DNA of 64,000 nt from Bilabrum cf. latius (taxonomy: Eukaryota): positions 1-64,000 of the forward strand of contig OZ237773.1 of NCBI GenBank assembly GCA_965178125.1, in the 5' to 3' direction. The notes below the pieces were generated by a model. It was not told where the DNA came from. It worked only from the letters and a program-made list of their open reading frames with translations, and ran no database searches. Each line of letters opens with the position of its first letter. Positions within the stretch are counted from its first letter, which is position 1. Both the position numbers and the translations under genes were made by a program. Positions 25,005-38,700 of this stretch are shown here, piece after piece.

Positions 25005-28000
25005 TCAAGCGTATGCTAGCATGGCATCATCATCACCCCCCTCTCCGTCATTTTCATCAAATCCAAGGCCATCTTCGCCATCACCGAGCCCCACATCGAC
25101 ATCGCCTAGTCCCTGCGCCACGGATGAATTCACCTTGCTACTGCTTGCGGAACGACCACCGCTGACCGCGGCCATCAATTCCTCGGTTGACAGCTCTTGT
25201 GGGCCTCCCGCTCCAGACTGCCCCCCGCGTTTCCGTTTCTTCCTTGACTTGCCATGCTCTGCCTCCGCCGCCCGCTTCCTCTTGCGTTGCTTGACGAACT
25301 ACCCGTGCAGCATGTCCCACATGTGCCGCTTCCGTTGACTCTCTCCGACAGGAAGCACCAACGCCTGCAGCTCTTCATCATCAATTACCACGTCCACCGC
25401 TGCCTTGGGCTACGATGCTGATGCCGCTGGCTCCAGTGCCCCAGCACCTGAACCTACCGGCTCTATGGAATCAGGTGCCCTGTTGGCGGTGGTGCCGCCT
25501 TTTCTACTGCTCGCAGTTGGATGGATCGATTGGCTCCCTCCCCTGCCTGCATCTGCTGCACCGAAGCTCACGTCAGCATTGGCCCTGGCTCTGTGCTCGT
25601 CATTCAGCGGGACCCATTGCTCCTGGATGCTCCCGGCACTAGGTGCCAATTCCGCCGCCTCAGGATTGCTGGGTACCAGCGCGAGCTAGTCCCGGTCCCC
25701 TGAAGGGGCAGGCGCAACGGAAGAGGCTGCGTGTGCCGAAGAGGAGCCGGTCGTGCGCGCCCTCGTCCTCTAGCTCGTCGCCGCCCGAGGGTCCAGCACG
25801 TCCTGCACAGCCAAGGCACCATCTCGTGGAGCCACAGCCAGCCATCCGCCAAGCGCCGCGTCCGACAGCCCGGGTGGCTTGCGGTCGGTTCTGCGCTGCT
25901 TGCTGCGCAGGTCCCTGTGCAGCTCGGAAGCAATCCCAGCGGCGATCCGCAGGTACTGCCCCAGCTCTCGGTGCCTGCGCGCCTCGCTCGGCTGCAGCCC
26001 TAGGGTGCGAAGAAGACCAGTGGGCGCTGCCGAAGAGGAGGTGCCTGTGCCTCGGCTGGGCCCACGGTGGGGTGCACCCGGCGGGGCACTAGTGGCCCCC
26101 GAACCAGAGGCGCGCAGCCTGGCCCTGAGTGCACGCTCTGCCTCCAGGATCACTCGAGGATCGATGTGGACGTCACCATCGTGACTCGCTTGCGCCAGCC
26201 GCAGCATACGCCGCTCTCGCTGTTTCCTCTGCCGCACGCGGTCCACCAGCAGGGAGATGGGCTCGTCCTCGCTGCCGCTGTCCGAGGTGTCCCCGCCGTC
26301 GACTGCCCTTCTCCGGGTGGAGCGCATGGCTGCTTCCTCTGCCGCTAGGCGGGCGGCGCTAGGACTGCCCTGTTCTGCCGAGTAGCTTACAAGAGGGCCT
26401 GCTACTGAAGAAGCAGAGGAAGCCGAACCCGGCGCCTCAGCCAACCCGCCCATGTGCGACGCCGTTGCACGCCACAAGCCGTCTTCCTGAGGCTCCCCAT
26501 CGTCATGCTTGGACGCCTACACAGCTCGACGCAATGCCCGGGATACCCTTGCTGCACCACCGGGCTAGCCTAGGGCACGGGCAATTACCTCCTGCCTCTG
26601 GCGCTCGGCATCCTCGGGCTCAGACCCAGCCATCCCGCCCGCGAAGCTGACGTCAGCTGGGGTCAGCAGTGCAGAGCCGCGCAACGCAGCGGCTGCAGCA
26701 GCCTCAATTTTTTGCAGATGCTCCTGCGCCCGCTCTGCAGCCTGCGTCAGGGTAGGGTTTGCACCGTCCGTCGACTGCGGGCTTGCTGAATCACTGATGG
26801 CCTTCTTTATGCCAGGAGAAGTCCCGCTACTGCTGCTGCTGCTGCTGCTGCCACTCGGTACGGTGGACGGTAGGGCGGGAGGGAACACACCTGCCGATGC
26901 ATCGGTGGACTTGGCCCCATCCGAAGCAGATACAGCCCTGGCTCGTACAAACGCCGCCTCTCGCAGCCGAGCCCGCACAAACGACGGCGGGTCCGCGTTT
27001 ACGGTGGCCTGCACGACTGCTGCGGCCTCAGCCGGAGTGGAAGCCAGGCCACTAGCAATTGCTGCTTTGCGAAGAGACTTTATGGTCTCTTGTCCGAAGC
27101 CAGAATCGGAAGCGCCGCCTGTGGCTTGCTGCCCCACCCTGCCCCTACCCGAAGTGCCTGCCCCACCCCTCCCTGTGCCCCCCTGCTGCTGCTTCCACTC
27201 GTCCAGCGGAAGCAGAGACACTGCACTCTGCTGCAACTCTGCCAAGCGATCTGCCAACGTGGCCTCGCCAATTCCAACGGCCCGCGCCACGAACTAGGCA
27301 GACACGCGTAGCCCGTGCATTCGGCAAGCGATGACCAGACACGCGGCGCACACTCCCGATGGCCTGCGTCCCGCCACGATCCACTACCGCATGAAGAGCG
27401 CCGCTAGCCGCATGGCAGTCGTCCCCACGGCGTATGTGGCCTCTCCCAGCCGGAGCCGCTCCGCGTGCCTGTGCATGAAGAGGGCCGGGTCTGTGCGGGG
27501 CACCTCCAGCTGGGTGGCCTGCACCAGCCCAGAGTACATGCGGCCCAGGGCAAACACGTTCACCTGGCTAACATCCGAGAAATCTAAGAGCTGCACAGGC
27601 TGCTGGTCCCTGCGGCATGCGGCGTAAAGACACGCCGCCAGCAATGGGTCGGTCTTGCGCCCCTTGGCAAAGCCCTTCTGCAGAGCGAAGATGTAGATGC
27701 GCAGCGCGCCCTCCGAGTGGGCTGCGTCTAGTCGCAGCACGCCAGAGAAGGCCTGAATGACCCGCTTGGCCTTATCTACGGCCACTTGGTGGGCATCCCG
27801 CTGCTGGCCGAGCCCGACTGCCATGCCTCCCCCGGCCATCGACATGCCCCCAACAAACGGACGAGAGGATGTGGCGGACACGAACTAGCCCACTACGCTG
27901 CTGGATCCCCCAGCACCTTCCGAAAATTCTACCTGCGACACGGTCTGGTTTTCTGCTTGAACGTGGCCGCAGCTCATGCACGTGCTGTTTCCCTCGGACG

Positions 28001-28376
28001 GGTTGTCTTGCACAGCAATCTCCCCGCACTGCTCGCAACGCCGGCCTCCAGCACCCGGGGGCAACTCTCCGTCTCCACGTCCAAGCTAGGCACGACTATG
28101 AACTTGTTGCCTGTGCGAATGCAGTGCATTTGCCGTTCCTGCGTTGCTTCCAGGCAAAACAGCCCCCGCCCACTCACTCCCACCTCCTATTTCAGCCCGT
28201 CCCTTGCTACTTGCCGACTGACTGCCTCCATGGGATGTCAACAAATTACCGTTGCTGCCTATATTCCCTGAACTTGTCGCGGCTGTGGCTGTCAAGCCAG
28301 TTCCGAACAGAGCCTCCTCGTCCTCGTCTGGATCTCCTGCGCCTCCCATGTCACCATAGATGTCAATCTCAGACAT
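25005..28376 (-). CDS. BRF1: TFIIIB subunit BRF1 (TFIIB-related factor)
   Basis: Zn ribbon CEQCG...CMSCG, VSQVEFSEGAGGSSSVVG*FVS, KGRK...AACLYAACR, DFSD...VNVFALG, DPALF, GRRPSGVCAA, DPPSF, and C-terminal IDDEEL...RKRHMW; ends TGA. Start and a possible 5' intron are uncertain. Confidence 0.92.
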
Positions 28377-28694
28377 AGCCGCCAGAACAATTCAGATTGT
28401 CACGTACAGTACCCCTGCTAATTCCTGCGGTGGAACAAGGGACCTGGCCTGGTTGGAAGAGAGCGAATCAAACCGTCGCTGAGAACCTGGTGTGATGTGA
28501 CGAGTGCGAATCATGTCCGTCTCCGATGATGAGTCAAGTGAAGTGACCGTGCCGCACCGGTGCTTGTTCGAACGAAGTATAGCTCAGCAGTGCAAATCAT
28601 TGCACAGCGCGTGCACGCGAAGATAAAAACCAGGCCTAGCCAATGCTTGTGACGATGATGCATTTGGTTCCATCTCACACACTACTACAAGGTT

Positions 28695-31600
28695 TCAGTG
28701 CTTGCCCCCACCCGCAGGCTTGAGCACCACGGTCTTCCGCCTGCTATCGAACTGCACCATACCTTCCTCCGCCATCCCCTTCACGCAACGCTCTACCTCA
28801 TCCCGCGACACAGGCACGTCAGAGTCCCTCTCCAGCAGCTTGAGCAGCTCCCCCAGTGAGTAGGACGTCCCCGCCCGCACCTGTCCCCCCGCCGCGATCC
28901 CCGCGATGGCCTCCTGCAGCATGTCGTTCCTGTCGCGCGCGCCAGCCGACAGGCCCGTCTAAAGCGCGTCCATGTCGATCGTGCCTGTGCGCGGGTCCGT
29001 GGCGGCCCGCTGCGTGGCCACGTGCATCAGCCGTACCGCCTCCCTGACATCGTCCGCCTCCACGGTCTCGCTCAGCCTGATGCGGGCGTGTGCCTCTGCT
29101 AGCCGCACCAAGCTCTCGAGCTGGCGGGGCGTTGCTGCGATGGTCTTGCGCCCGCTGCTGCCCTGCGCCCCGCCCGCCCCGCCCCTGCGCATTGCGGTGT
29201 ACTCGCGCACCAGGCTGTCCGCTGCTTCCGCCGTCAGCTTGGGCTGCACGGCCCTGCGCACGTACGAGATGAACTGCGTCACCTCAGCGGTGGGAATAGG
29301 CACCTATGCCTGCCCGCGGGCCTCCTCGTCCTGCGCGCGGTCCTCCTCGCTGAAGTAGAGGCTCACGATGTGTCTGGCCAGCCTGCGGTCGTGCTCCGGG
29401 TCGCAGTGGTCGAGCACGAGGTAGATGAGGTCGAACCTAGACAGAATGGTGGGCGGAAGCTTAATATTCTCCACCACGCTCAGCCGCGGGTTGTACCTCG
29501 ACTCGACCGGGTTGGCGCTGGCCAGCACAGAGGTGCGTGCGTTGAGCGTGCACACGATGCCGGCTTTGGCCACAGACACAGTCTGCTGCTCCATGACCTC
29601 GTGCAGGATAGCCCGCGTGGTGTCGTTCATCTTGTCGAACTCGTCGATGCAGCACACGCCCCTGTCGCTCAGCACCAGTGCACCGCTCTCCAGCACCGGT
29701 TCCCTCGTGTCTGGGTCCTTGGTCACGTAGGCAGTCAGACCAACGGCACTGGAGCCCTTGCCGCTCGTGTAGATCCCGCGAGGAGCCAGTTTGTGCACGT
29801 ACCGCAGCAGCTGCGACTTGCTCGTCCCGGGATCGCCGCACAGCAAGACGTTGACCTCTCCCCTGAAGCGCCCCATCGAGCCGAGGTCCTTGGAGCAACC
29901 GCCCACCAGCTGCAGTAGCAGTCCCTTCTTCACGTCCTCCATGCCCCACACGCTGGGCGCCAGCGAGAAACTCAGCCGATCGTAGGCCAATGGGTCGTCA
30001 GCGATGGCACGCGCCCGGTCCCGCTGCTCCTCGTCTCGCCGCCCAGCGTCTGTGACCTCGTCTGCCAGAGCAGTGGGGTCTCCGCGCAGGGCACTTCCGT
30101 CCGCATCTGCATCCGTGCCGTCTGTCCTGGCCTCGGCCTGCAGTCGCCCCTTCTGCACGCGCTGGACGTGCACAACGTCCAGGAATGTGCGGAACACGCT
30201 GCGAGTGGTGCGCTGCCTGGGGTTGGGTCGCACGGGCACCGCTCGGAACACACCAGTCACCTTTACCCTGTCGCCTGGCAGCACCGCATCTACCAGATCG
30301 TCGTGGGCGAAGAGCACTACTGTGTGCGGGGTCTCGCCCTCCGGGATGTGCTCGGGGGTTTCCTGCAGCTTGACCTGCTGCTTGTCCGCAAATTGGCTCC
30401 GGTTGTGCACCAGCATGAACGAGTGCCGCGCCCGGCACTGCTCGCACTGGGCCGGTTCGTCCACACGGGCCCGCTGCACAGGCACCTGCTCGTCCCTGCC
30501 GCACGAGGTGCACTTGAAGTGCGCCACCCTAAGGTCCGGGATGAAGGAAGAGGCCCGGATCACCAGTCCGCTGATGCTCACCAGCGAATCGACGTGCTGG
30601 GGCTCCAGCTCGCGCATGCGTTGCACCGAATGCAGGTTGAACGGCCGTACCTGCACCGACAGGTTGCAGGGCGCGGCCTCGTCGTCCTCGGGCATGCCGG
30701 CCTCGGGCAGCCCCACGCCCGCCTCCCTGCACGTGGCCTGGTACTCCTCAGTGGCCACCCGATCCAGCAGCATGATAACCTCCGTGGGGTGCCGGATGAG
30801 CTGCGCGTACAGCTGCTGCCCCTCGCCTAGCTCGCCCCAGTTGTGCATCGCGTGGCAGTCCAGCGTCAGCACGGGTCGCTCCTGCTCACACATCTGCAGG
30901 TAGAGCCGCTGGAAGTAGGAGCGGCCGCTGTCCGAGGACCTCGAGGAATTTGGCGCCGACCGCTGCGAGGAGGAAGACGCGGAGGCACCGGTGGCAGGCA
31001 CGTCCTCTTCGTCCTCTTCATCCTCGTCCGCCTTGGAGTCGCTAGGCTAGACCCTTCGGACCCCGCTACTCGCTGGCTTGAACTCGCGAAGGAACTGCCG
31101 GAACTCCGCCATAACCTTCTCCACGCTGATGTTCGTGCCCCAAATCACCGTCTCGCCGGCAGAATCGCCGCCAGACGTGCGCGCGGCTCGCATCGCGCTG
31201 CCAGGCACAGCCACCACTGCGTCCCCGGGTCCGTCCCCGTCCGAGCTGGGGTCGTCCTTGCCTCCGCCGCGCCTGCCGCCGCCTTGTCCACCGCCAGACC
31301 CGCCCGGTGCCCCATCCCCCTCGGAAGACCCTGGGTCATCGCTGCCCCCGGGACCATCGCCCCCCGCGCCCCTTCTGCGCCTGCCCTTGCGCCCAGGGGC
31401 CGGCGGCTGCAGCGCACCCAGACCCGAGCCAGAGCCAGAGCCCGCGCCCTCGCCCGCCTCTCCTACGCCGGGAGAGGCCCCAGACCCGGAGGACCCGGAC
31501 ACTGCTGCCGCCTGCTTGCCGGCGCGACTCCTCGGGGTTCGCACGGTGACTGCCTCAAATGCCCCCCTCGCCCGACGGGCGCTTCGCTGCTCCTCATGTC

Positions 31601-32014
31601 CCCCCTCCTCGCTGCCGAGATCCCCCCGATCCCCGCGGCTGCGAGACCGGGAGCGGGAGCGCCCGCGCTGTCTGGACGGGGTGCCGTCGCCATCAGAGGC
31701 CGGCCCACCCAGAGCAGGACTGCCGACACGAAGCAGGCGGCTGTCCCCAAACGCTCCTCTGCCGCGCTCCGACAGACCGGGCTTGGATCGAGCTGCCGCG
31801 CTGCGTGTTGGAGAGAAGTTGCGACACCGATCAACGGCATAGTGGTCGGTCCAGAAGCACACGTACGGCATTTATTGTAAAATGTGGTCATTCAGTCCAT
31901 TCGGTACGCTTACTTTTGGGTGAGGGGATCACTGCTCCCGCGTGCAGGCTGATGCAGCTCGTCGCCGCGACTGCTCATTGGGCGAAGCCCAGGACCATCG
32001 CGCTCAGATGCCAT
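28695..32014 (-). CDS. MCM4: DNA replication licensing factor MCM4
   Basis: VIWGTNISV, Zn finger, GDPGTSKSQ, IDEFDKM, SRFD and TPRQLESL. Putative exon 1 32014-31914 and intron 31801-31913 (GTAAGC...GCAG, phase-compatible). In-frame TAGs at 31047, 29304 and 28959; ends TGA. Confidence 0.96.
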
Positions 32015-32574
32015 TGATCTTGCCCCCTAACTGGCTGCGTATTGGTCTGCGTAGATACAGAATGCGTATGCATAAGCAGAAGCTGAGCGCCGCCATGCGA
32101 GCAAAGTTGGTCTGGGGCAGTTGAAATTGCAACAGCTTGTCGTGCCATAAAGCCTCTGTCTCCAAGACACGTTTCAGCGCAACCCGCCGCAGTCCACGAA
32201 TGCTAAATATCCTGATGCACAGGGTGGTATACATGCTACGCATACTGTCAATAGACTCACTCAATTCAGGACTGCCTCTGCCGGAAACGTCGGCCACACC
32301 ATCGTCCGAAGGAGAATGCATGCGACGTTCAAACTGAGGAGTTCTGCAGATTTCTACTAGTTTAGATATATGCCAATATAGAAAGGCGTACCTGGCTCAG
32401 CGACAATGTGGCAGGCAGTGGAGTTGCACCTGAAAAGCTCGACCGCCGATCCTTGCCATTTCTCTTAAATTATCGAATCGATGTCAACCGACGAAGAACA
32501 CCTCACAAATGAGTTCTTCGCGAACGTTCTTTCATTCAAAATAACATCTCTCTCACATTTCAAGTTGCTACAGC
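32015..32574. promoter_or_regulatory. Probable bidirectional promoter region between MCM4 and CDC45
   Basis: About 560-bp AT-richer interval between divergent start codons; inferred from geometry only. Confidence 0.5.
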
Positions 32575-35500
32575 ATGCCGTTGTACCCACTCTCTTCCGT
32601 ATCGTCCTGGTACGATCAAATTGGCAGGCTATCACAGGCTGCTGCTGCCAGGGCTCGCGAATCATAGTCTGGGGCAATCAAGCCGGATACCGTTGGAAGG
32701 GACCCAGCTGTCCTCGTACTGGTTACGCCCGAGGTAGATAGCCTATGTGCGTGCAGAATCGTTGAGCAGCTGTTGGATGCTGATACGATTCCGTACACTG
32801 TCCGGCCAATGGCGGGCATGGGTTCCCTCGCTGAGGAGGAATCAGCCAAAATTATTCGAAACCACCGAGTTGTGCTTGCCATCAACTCAGGGAATGAGAA
32901 TCCCTACGACATGCTGCTACAGCTCCCGTTGGTGAGGTGTACAATTCAACTGGTCGCCAAAGCACCGAACAGTTCGGCTCCATGCCATCATGATGTATTC
33001 GTAGAAGCCCAGTCATCGCAGGGAAGCCCACCGCCCGATTATCGCCCAGCCTACGATGCCGGGGCCCCCACTGCCAATACAATGGACGAGTGGGCAGTGC
33101 AAGAATTAGGAATAGAGAACGCAACTCGCTTGGGCTACGACGTTGAAGCTGGTGGCGGCAGCGGCGGCGGCGAACCGCGCGCCCTTGCAGCCCGGGCTGG
33201 AGTGCTCGATTCGGATTCCCTGAGCGTGAGTGGGGGTGCCCTGCGGCCCATTGATTCAAGTGAATGGCGCGACCGTGTCGATGTGTTTGTGCTGGACAAG
33301 CACCGCCCCTGCAACCACTCCAATGTGCGCGGGAGACGAGGGGAGCGCGAGACGTGCGGCGCCCTGGAGGCCGCCAGGCGGCACAACGTGCACGTGCTGG
33401 ACCACGGCGTGTCCGCTGGACCGGAGGAGGTGCCGGAGGAGGGCGACGAGGAGCTCGAGCTGGACGACTGGGACGAGGAGGACCCCACGCCGGAGGCTGC
33501 AGGGGAGCGGCGAGCCTTGGCCGCGTTCGGACTGGACGGCAAGGCGGGTCAGGGCGGGTCTGACGGAGAGGACGAGGACGAGGATGAGGACACAGCTGGA
33601 GGCGAGGCAGAGGATGATTCGGATTCCGAATCAAACTAGGAGGAGAGGAGAGGAGACGAGAGGAGCGCAGGAGATGCCGCGGCTGCGTCATCCTCCTCAT
33701 CGTCCTCATCGTCCTCATCCTCCGCGTCATCCGCACCCGCTTCTCAGGGAGGCACGCCATCGATAACACCTTCCTCGTCCTCGTCCTCTGCTGATTCGTC
33801 TGGCTCTGCCCCATCAAGCGGCGCAGGGCAGGGCTCGCTGGGCTCCAAGCGGGAGCGGCCTGTCGGTGCTCGAGACGATGTCAGTGACTCAGAGAACAAG
33901 AGGGCGAGACTCAGGAGCAGACGGCAGAAGAAAAAGCGCCGGAAGCAGCGGGTGGTGCTCCCCGAGAGCCGGGAGGAAGCAGACACGTGGGTGGTGGCTC
34001 TGCGCAGAAGGGGCAGGGCACAGCGGTGGCAGGCGTGGTACTCTAGACGGTTTTGCGGCACTCCGGCGGCGTACTGCGCGTATCGGTTGGCGTGCGACAT
34101 TGGGAGGCGTCAGTCGTCCCTGCTCTGGCTGGCCATCGTTGGAGTCACCGCAGACTACTCCGAGGGCAGGTTTGGCGACATGGACTACGACCAGCTGGCG
34201 GGGTATTTTGCCACTGAGGCGCAATCTATGGCTCCAGCCGACCTGGCGGCCATCGGTGATGGCACGCACGCTGGTGGCGAGGGGCGAGACAAGGGAGCGC
34301 AGGCCGATCACATCGAAGCAGCGGATGCATAGCAGGGGCTCGTGGTCCCAGCAACTGACTACAGATGCCCTCTCCTGCGTGAGTGGACTCTGGAAAACGC
34401 TATGCAGGCCTCTCCTTACATTGGCGCTCGTCTCGGCTTCTGGCTCAAGCATGACAGGGTGGACCGGTTGAAACGACTGTTAGTTCGCATTGGAATACCA
34501 GCTGAAGAGGCGAAGCAACATTGGTCTCATGTGAAGCGACGCACCGCTGAGCGATTGCGCAGCGAAGCTGCCGCAGCGGAGTTTCATCAGGCTGGGATTC
34601 ACAGGTTGCGATTCAACGGTTTCGAGATGCAGCGCGGCTTCTAGCGAAGGGTATCTGCGCTGGATGTAGCCACCGCGGTAAGTGCTCTACTAGAATGTGG
34701 AACTGATTCATCTGGATCCGCTGCCCCGTCTGACTTTGACCCGAAGCTCGGAGTATCCACGTCTGCGAGCAGTGCGGCGCGCACTGGAGTTCTCACTGAT
34801 CGTAAGTATGCATCTGCGTGGCAAGGCAACTGGTCACTGGCCTATAAATGCCTCGGAAACAACGAGCTTGCGGACACTTTGCTTCAGATGGGTATTGAGC
34901 GAGCTAAAGCGCAGCTTTCATGCACTGCATATCTCATCCCAGCGGCACTACGTAGACTGGCCAGTGACCCGTCAAAACGGGGTTCGCGTGCAGATGACAC
35001 TGCCAGGAGATTACGTAGTATAGAGGATGCCCCTGTTCGCCTAGTCATGATCGAAAGACCAACGCCTACGGAAACTTCATTGCTCCACGGGGCTGGTGCT
35101 TGTACAAAGCTTGCATTGACTGCTGCGGACATGTTCAGGGTAGAAGAACTTCGGTACTTAAGTTCTCGCGGTCTTACAATAGAGGACAGCAGTGCTAGAG
35201 CTGAAAAACCAGTTGTTATGGCTATCAGAAATTCCTCAAACGGATGGTGGACTGTTGCTGGGGTTATGGCTCCGCTGACAACCGATGGAACGACCCATAC
35301 CGTGTTTCGGGATTGGATGATGCAGTCAGCAAATGATCCGTCAAGCATCATTCATTTTGATGGTTTCAATGGTGATGTTCTGTATATACATGGCGACAAG
35401 GCCTTTGACCAGTTTCGCTTAAAGTTACTTGGGTTGATGGAATCACCCGAAGAACTTCGAGCTTTAGGTAGCGACAGGCCGGCTGGGAGTTTGCAGCCAG

Positions 35501-35652
35501 AAGAATCTGAAGGTGGCGCCGATGATTTTTTTGATGGTGCATCGTCACCTGCAAGATCAGACGGAACACCAACTCGTCTATCTGATCGAATTGTTCGAAT
35601 TCGAAATGCTTAGATTGATCTTGCTGGGGACTCTGGTCTTGGATCAGACTGA
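32575..35652 (+). CDS. CDC45: Replication initiation factor CDC45
   Basis: VLVLVTPEVDSLCACRI...IPYTVRP, VLAINSG, VLDKHRP..HSNV, acidic loop, LLWLAIVGVT, LLREWTLENAM..SPY and SALDVATAVSALLE. In-frame TAGs at 32665, 33637, 34330, 34642 and 35611; ends TGA. Confidence 0.92.
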
Positions 35653-35768
35653 TACAACTCTATTTAGACTTGAAGCAAACGAAAAAGATTCTCAAAATCA
35701 TTTTATTTGAATTGGAGCGTGAGAAAATGCGACGGAACGCCTTAAGAAAATACTTCATGCCATTTAGA

Positions 35769-38700
35769 TCAATCTAAGAACCTCTCGTCAACAAGAGTCT
35801 TCTCTGCAAGGTTAGCCTACCCCATCTCCATTCTGACATGATCAACACAAAAGTCTATGACAACTGTACAGAAAGCAGCGACCAATGCGTTCTCGGAATA
35901 TATGAGCGCTATCGCGAAAACAAGGAAATTGAAGTGAAGCAGATCAGCCTCCGCACCCCGAAGACATACTCTTTCAAGCCTTCCGTCATCGTCTGGTTCG
36001 AACACGGCGACTCCACCTCTTGGTCCACTTTGCTGCTATCCAAAGCCCTATGTACCAGCATTTGCACGGGCACTCTCTGCCTCGACATCAGGGGATGACT
36101 ATAGAAATCTTTCACAAAATCCTGGCATCCTAAACCGTCTTTGAATACCACCTTTGGTTTCATCCGATGCAACAAATGCACGAAGGAATCGACGGACTTG
36201 CTCCGACACTTCGTTCTTTGCCTAAGCTAAATCGAGTGGGCGCCCTTCTCTCAGATTTGGGCGACGCACCTGTGAAATCGCAGAGTCGAGTGTTGCATTA
36301 CCACTAGTCTCAACACCAGATGCGAGGCCCCGCTTCATAGACTAATTTCCAGTTGATCGAACCCGTTGACCCTGATTCTATCGCGAGAGTTCCAATTGCT
36401 TTTCGTATTCCCTTAATCGTACAAAGTGACTGTCGTACTTGTCTCGCCAGGCCTTTGGGAGGTGAATCTCAAAGGCCTGCTAATCCGCTTGGTCTGAGGG
36501 TGCACCCGGCAACCCGCGACCACCTCGAACAAAACCTTGTTCGTCTTGTAGCTGGGCTACTAGGGATGCCATTGACACATCTGCGAACTCGGTCGGAGCA
36601 TCGCAGTGTAAATAGTACCCGTGGTACTTGTCATCTAGGACGAGCAAGCTAACCTTTGCAACAGTACACAAGTCGATGAATCGCGTGTGAGGTGCCTGCG
36701 CGATGAACCGCTCCCATATGCCCCACACCCACAACCACTGCGTCGAAGCCACGATGCTAAACCACAGCGCCAACGATGCGAACTGCAGCATCGGATTCAA
36801 TGGCCCAGGCGTGAGGCTACCTGCGTCAGGTTTGGGTGTTGCCACGTAGATCATGCTGCCTGCATCAAGCATAACGGCCAGCGTGGCGCACAGCAGGACG
36901 GTGTGCACCCTCCTTACCGACTGTATCTCGCTCCACTCGTTGGCCATAAAGAGAGTGCGCCAAACGGAAATCGGCGCCGGAACTCCCACGAGCCCGTAAG
37001 CCTTGGCCGCGCGCCTGCCACCAACGGCTCCAGGTCCTCCTGCGCCTTGGAGCGACGAGGAGCCGGCTGCACCCTGTCCCTGCGCTCCACCGGCAGACGT
37101 GGAAGCAGACGATGACGGCTGTCCGATCCCTTGCGAATTGCCGCGCTCAGCCTGCAGCAGCTGCCCTGCCGACGCCGACGCAGCTGCTCCAGCGAAGAAC
37201 TGCCCCCCTGTTTGCGCGAGGAGCCCACGCGGCCTCTCCCAGTCGAGGAAGAAGATGTCCGCCCGAGTCTGCACCCAAATTACCTCGCACACCCGGACAA
37301 AGGCTCCCGCTGCCGCTGCCCACAGGAACCCGAGGAAGAGGTTGTAGGGGTTGCTCTCCTCTGGCAGGTGCCGCAGGTCGTCCAGCAGCATGTGGAAGGA
37401 CCGGGCCTGCAGCTTGTACACGATCAGCAGGTAGCCCGCCATGAGCCCCAGCACACCGGTGGTGGCCCACGCGAAGCAGTGGAAGGCCATGAGCACGATC
37501 CGGAGCACCGCCTCGCCGTTGCACCCCTGCTCGTCGTTCCCGCGCGTTGCCCTGCCCTGCCAGGTGTAAAACCGAAGCGCGGTCGAGAACACAGCGGCCG
37601 TCTGCGCGATGGCGAACAGCGCGATGGCGGCGTTTTCAAACCCGGACGTGTCCTGCCTGTAGGCCACGCGGAAAGACTGCTCCGCCTGGTGGTACCCGGC
37701 ATCTGCGGGCGCGGCACCGCCGCCAAGGGCGCCAGACCCGCCCCCCGATCCAGCCGTGGATCCCCCCGCCGCGATCGCCGCCTCCGCCTCGTCCTGCTGC
37801 GCGGGGTGGAAGAACTCCGCCCGCCTGGATTCGTACGTGATGTCTAGCTGCGGAGGCAAGATCAGCTCCCGGTCGTCCTCTTGCACGGGCACTGTCAGCC
37901 GCACCTGGCTGGCAAACCGCACCACCTGCGGCGGCTGCCCCGGCTGCACGGACCCCGCCGCGGCGTCGAAGAGGAAGAACCGCCGGACCAGCACATCATC
38001 CCCCTCCTGCGAGAGCAGCGCGTTTTGGTTCGGCTGGCTCCCGTCCTCTTGCTTGAGGCCCCGCACGCGGACAGGCACGGGCACCAGCCGCACGGGAGGC
38101 AGCTCGGCCCCGCTCCTGCCCCCGGCTTCTGCCTGCCCCCCATCCGCCTCGACGACGAACATCTCTAGCACCTCCGTGTGAGGCAGCACCCCGCCCAGGG
38201 GACCCTGAGTCGCAGACCGAGCCTGCCAGCCCGTCTGCCCCTGGCCCCCGCTGAGGGTGGGCCCTGCGCTCGCCAGCCTCCGCCTCCCGTCAGAGGTCAC
38301 GGTGGCACTAGACCCCGTGCCGGGGTCCCCCCGGCCCGCACCAGGTGCCAGCAGCGTGTCCGCGAGGCTCTGCTGGGCCCCGAACCTCCCCCCGCGGCCC
38401 CCCGCGAGCTCAGCATAGGCGGCCCTAGAGAGCGCCGTGCGTCTGGCGCCCAGAGCCCCCGCCGCCGCGTCACCCGCCGCAGCCGCCCGCGCCCGCTCCA
38501 TCGCGTCGGCTGCCATGCCGTCCAGCTCGCACACTGTCCTCTCGTCCGCCTCGGCACCGAATGCCAGCCACCCCGGCGCGCTCTGGGCCCCGTGCATCGA
38601 TGCCCCGTGCTCGGGCCTGCAGCGCTGCAGATGCCACCGCACAGGCTCCACGCCCAGCAGCTCCCCTCGCAGGCTCCACCGAGCCACCACCAGGCGCAGC

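Noticed and set aside
28400-28690. tRNA (possible UAG-decoding) or C/D snoRNA between BRF1 and MCM4
   Set aside because: Only isolated GTTCGAA and TGATGA words; I could not build a cloverleaf or terminal stem. No tRNA-Gln(CUA) was seen in the window.
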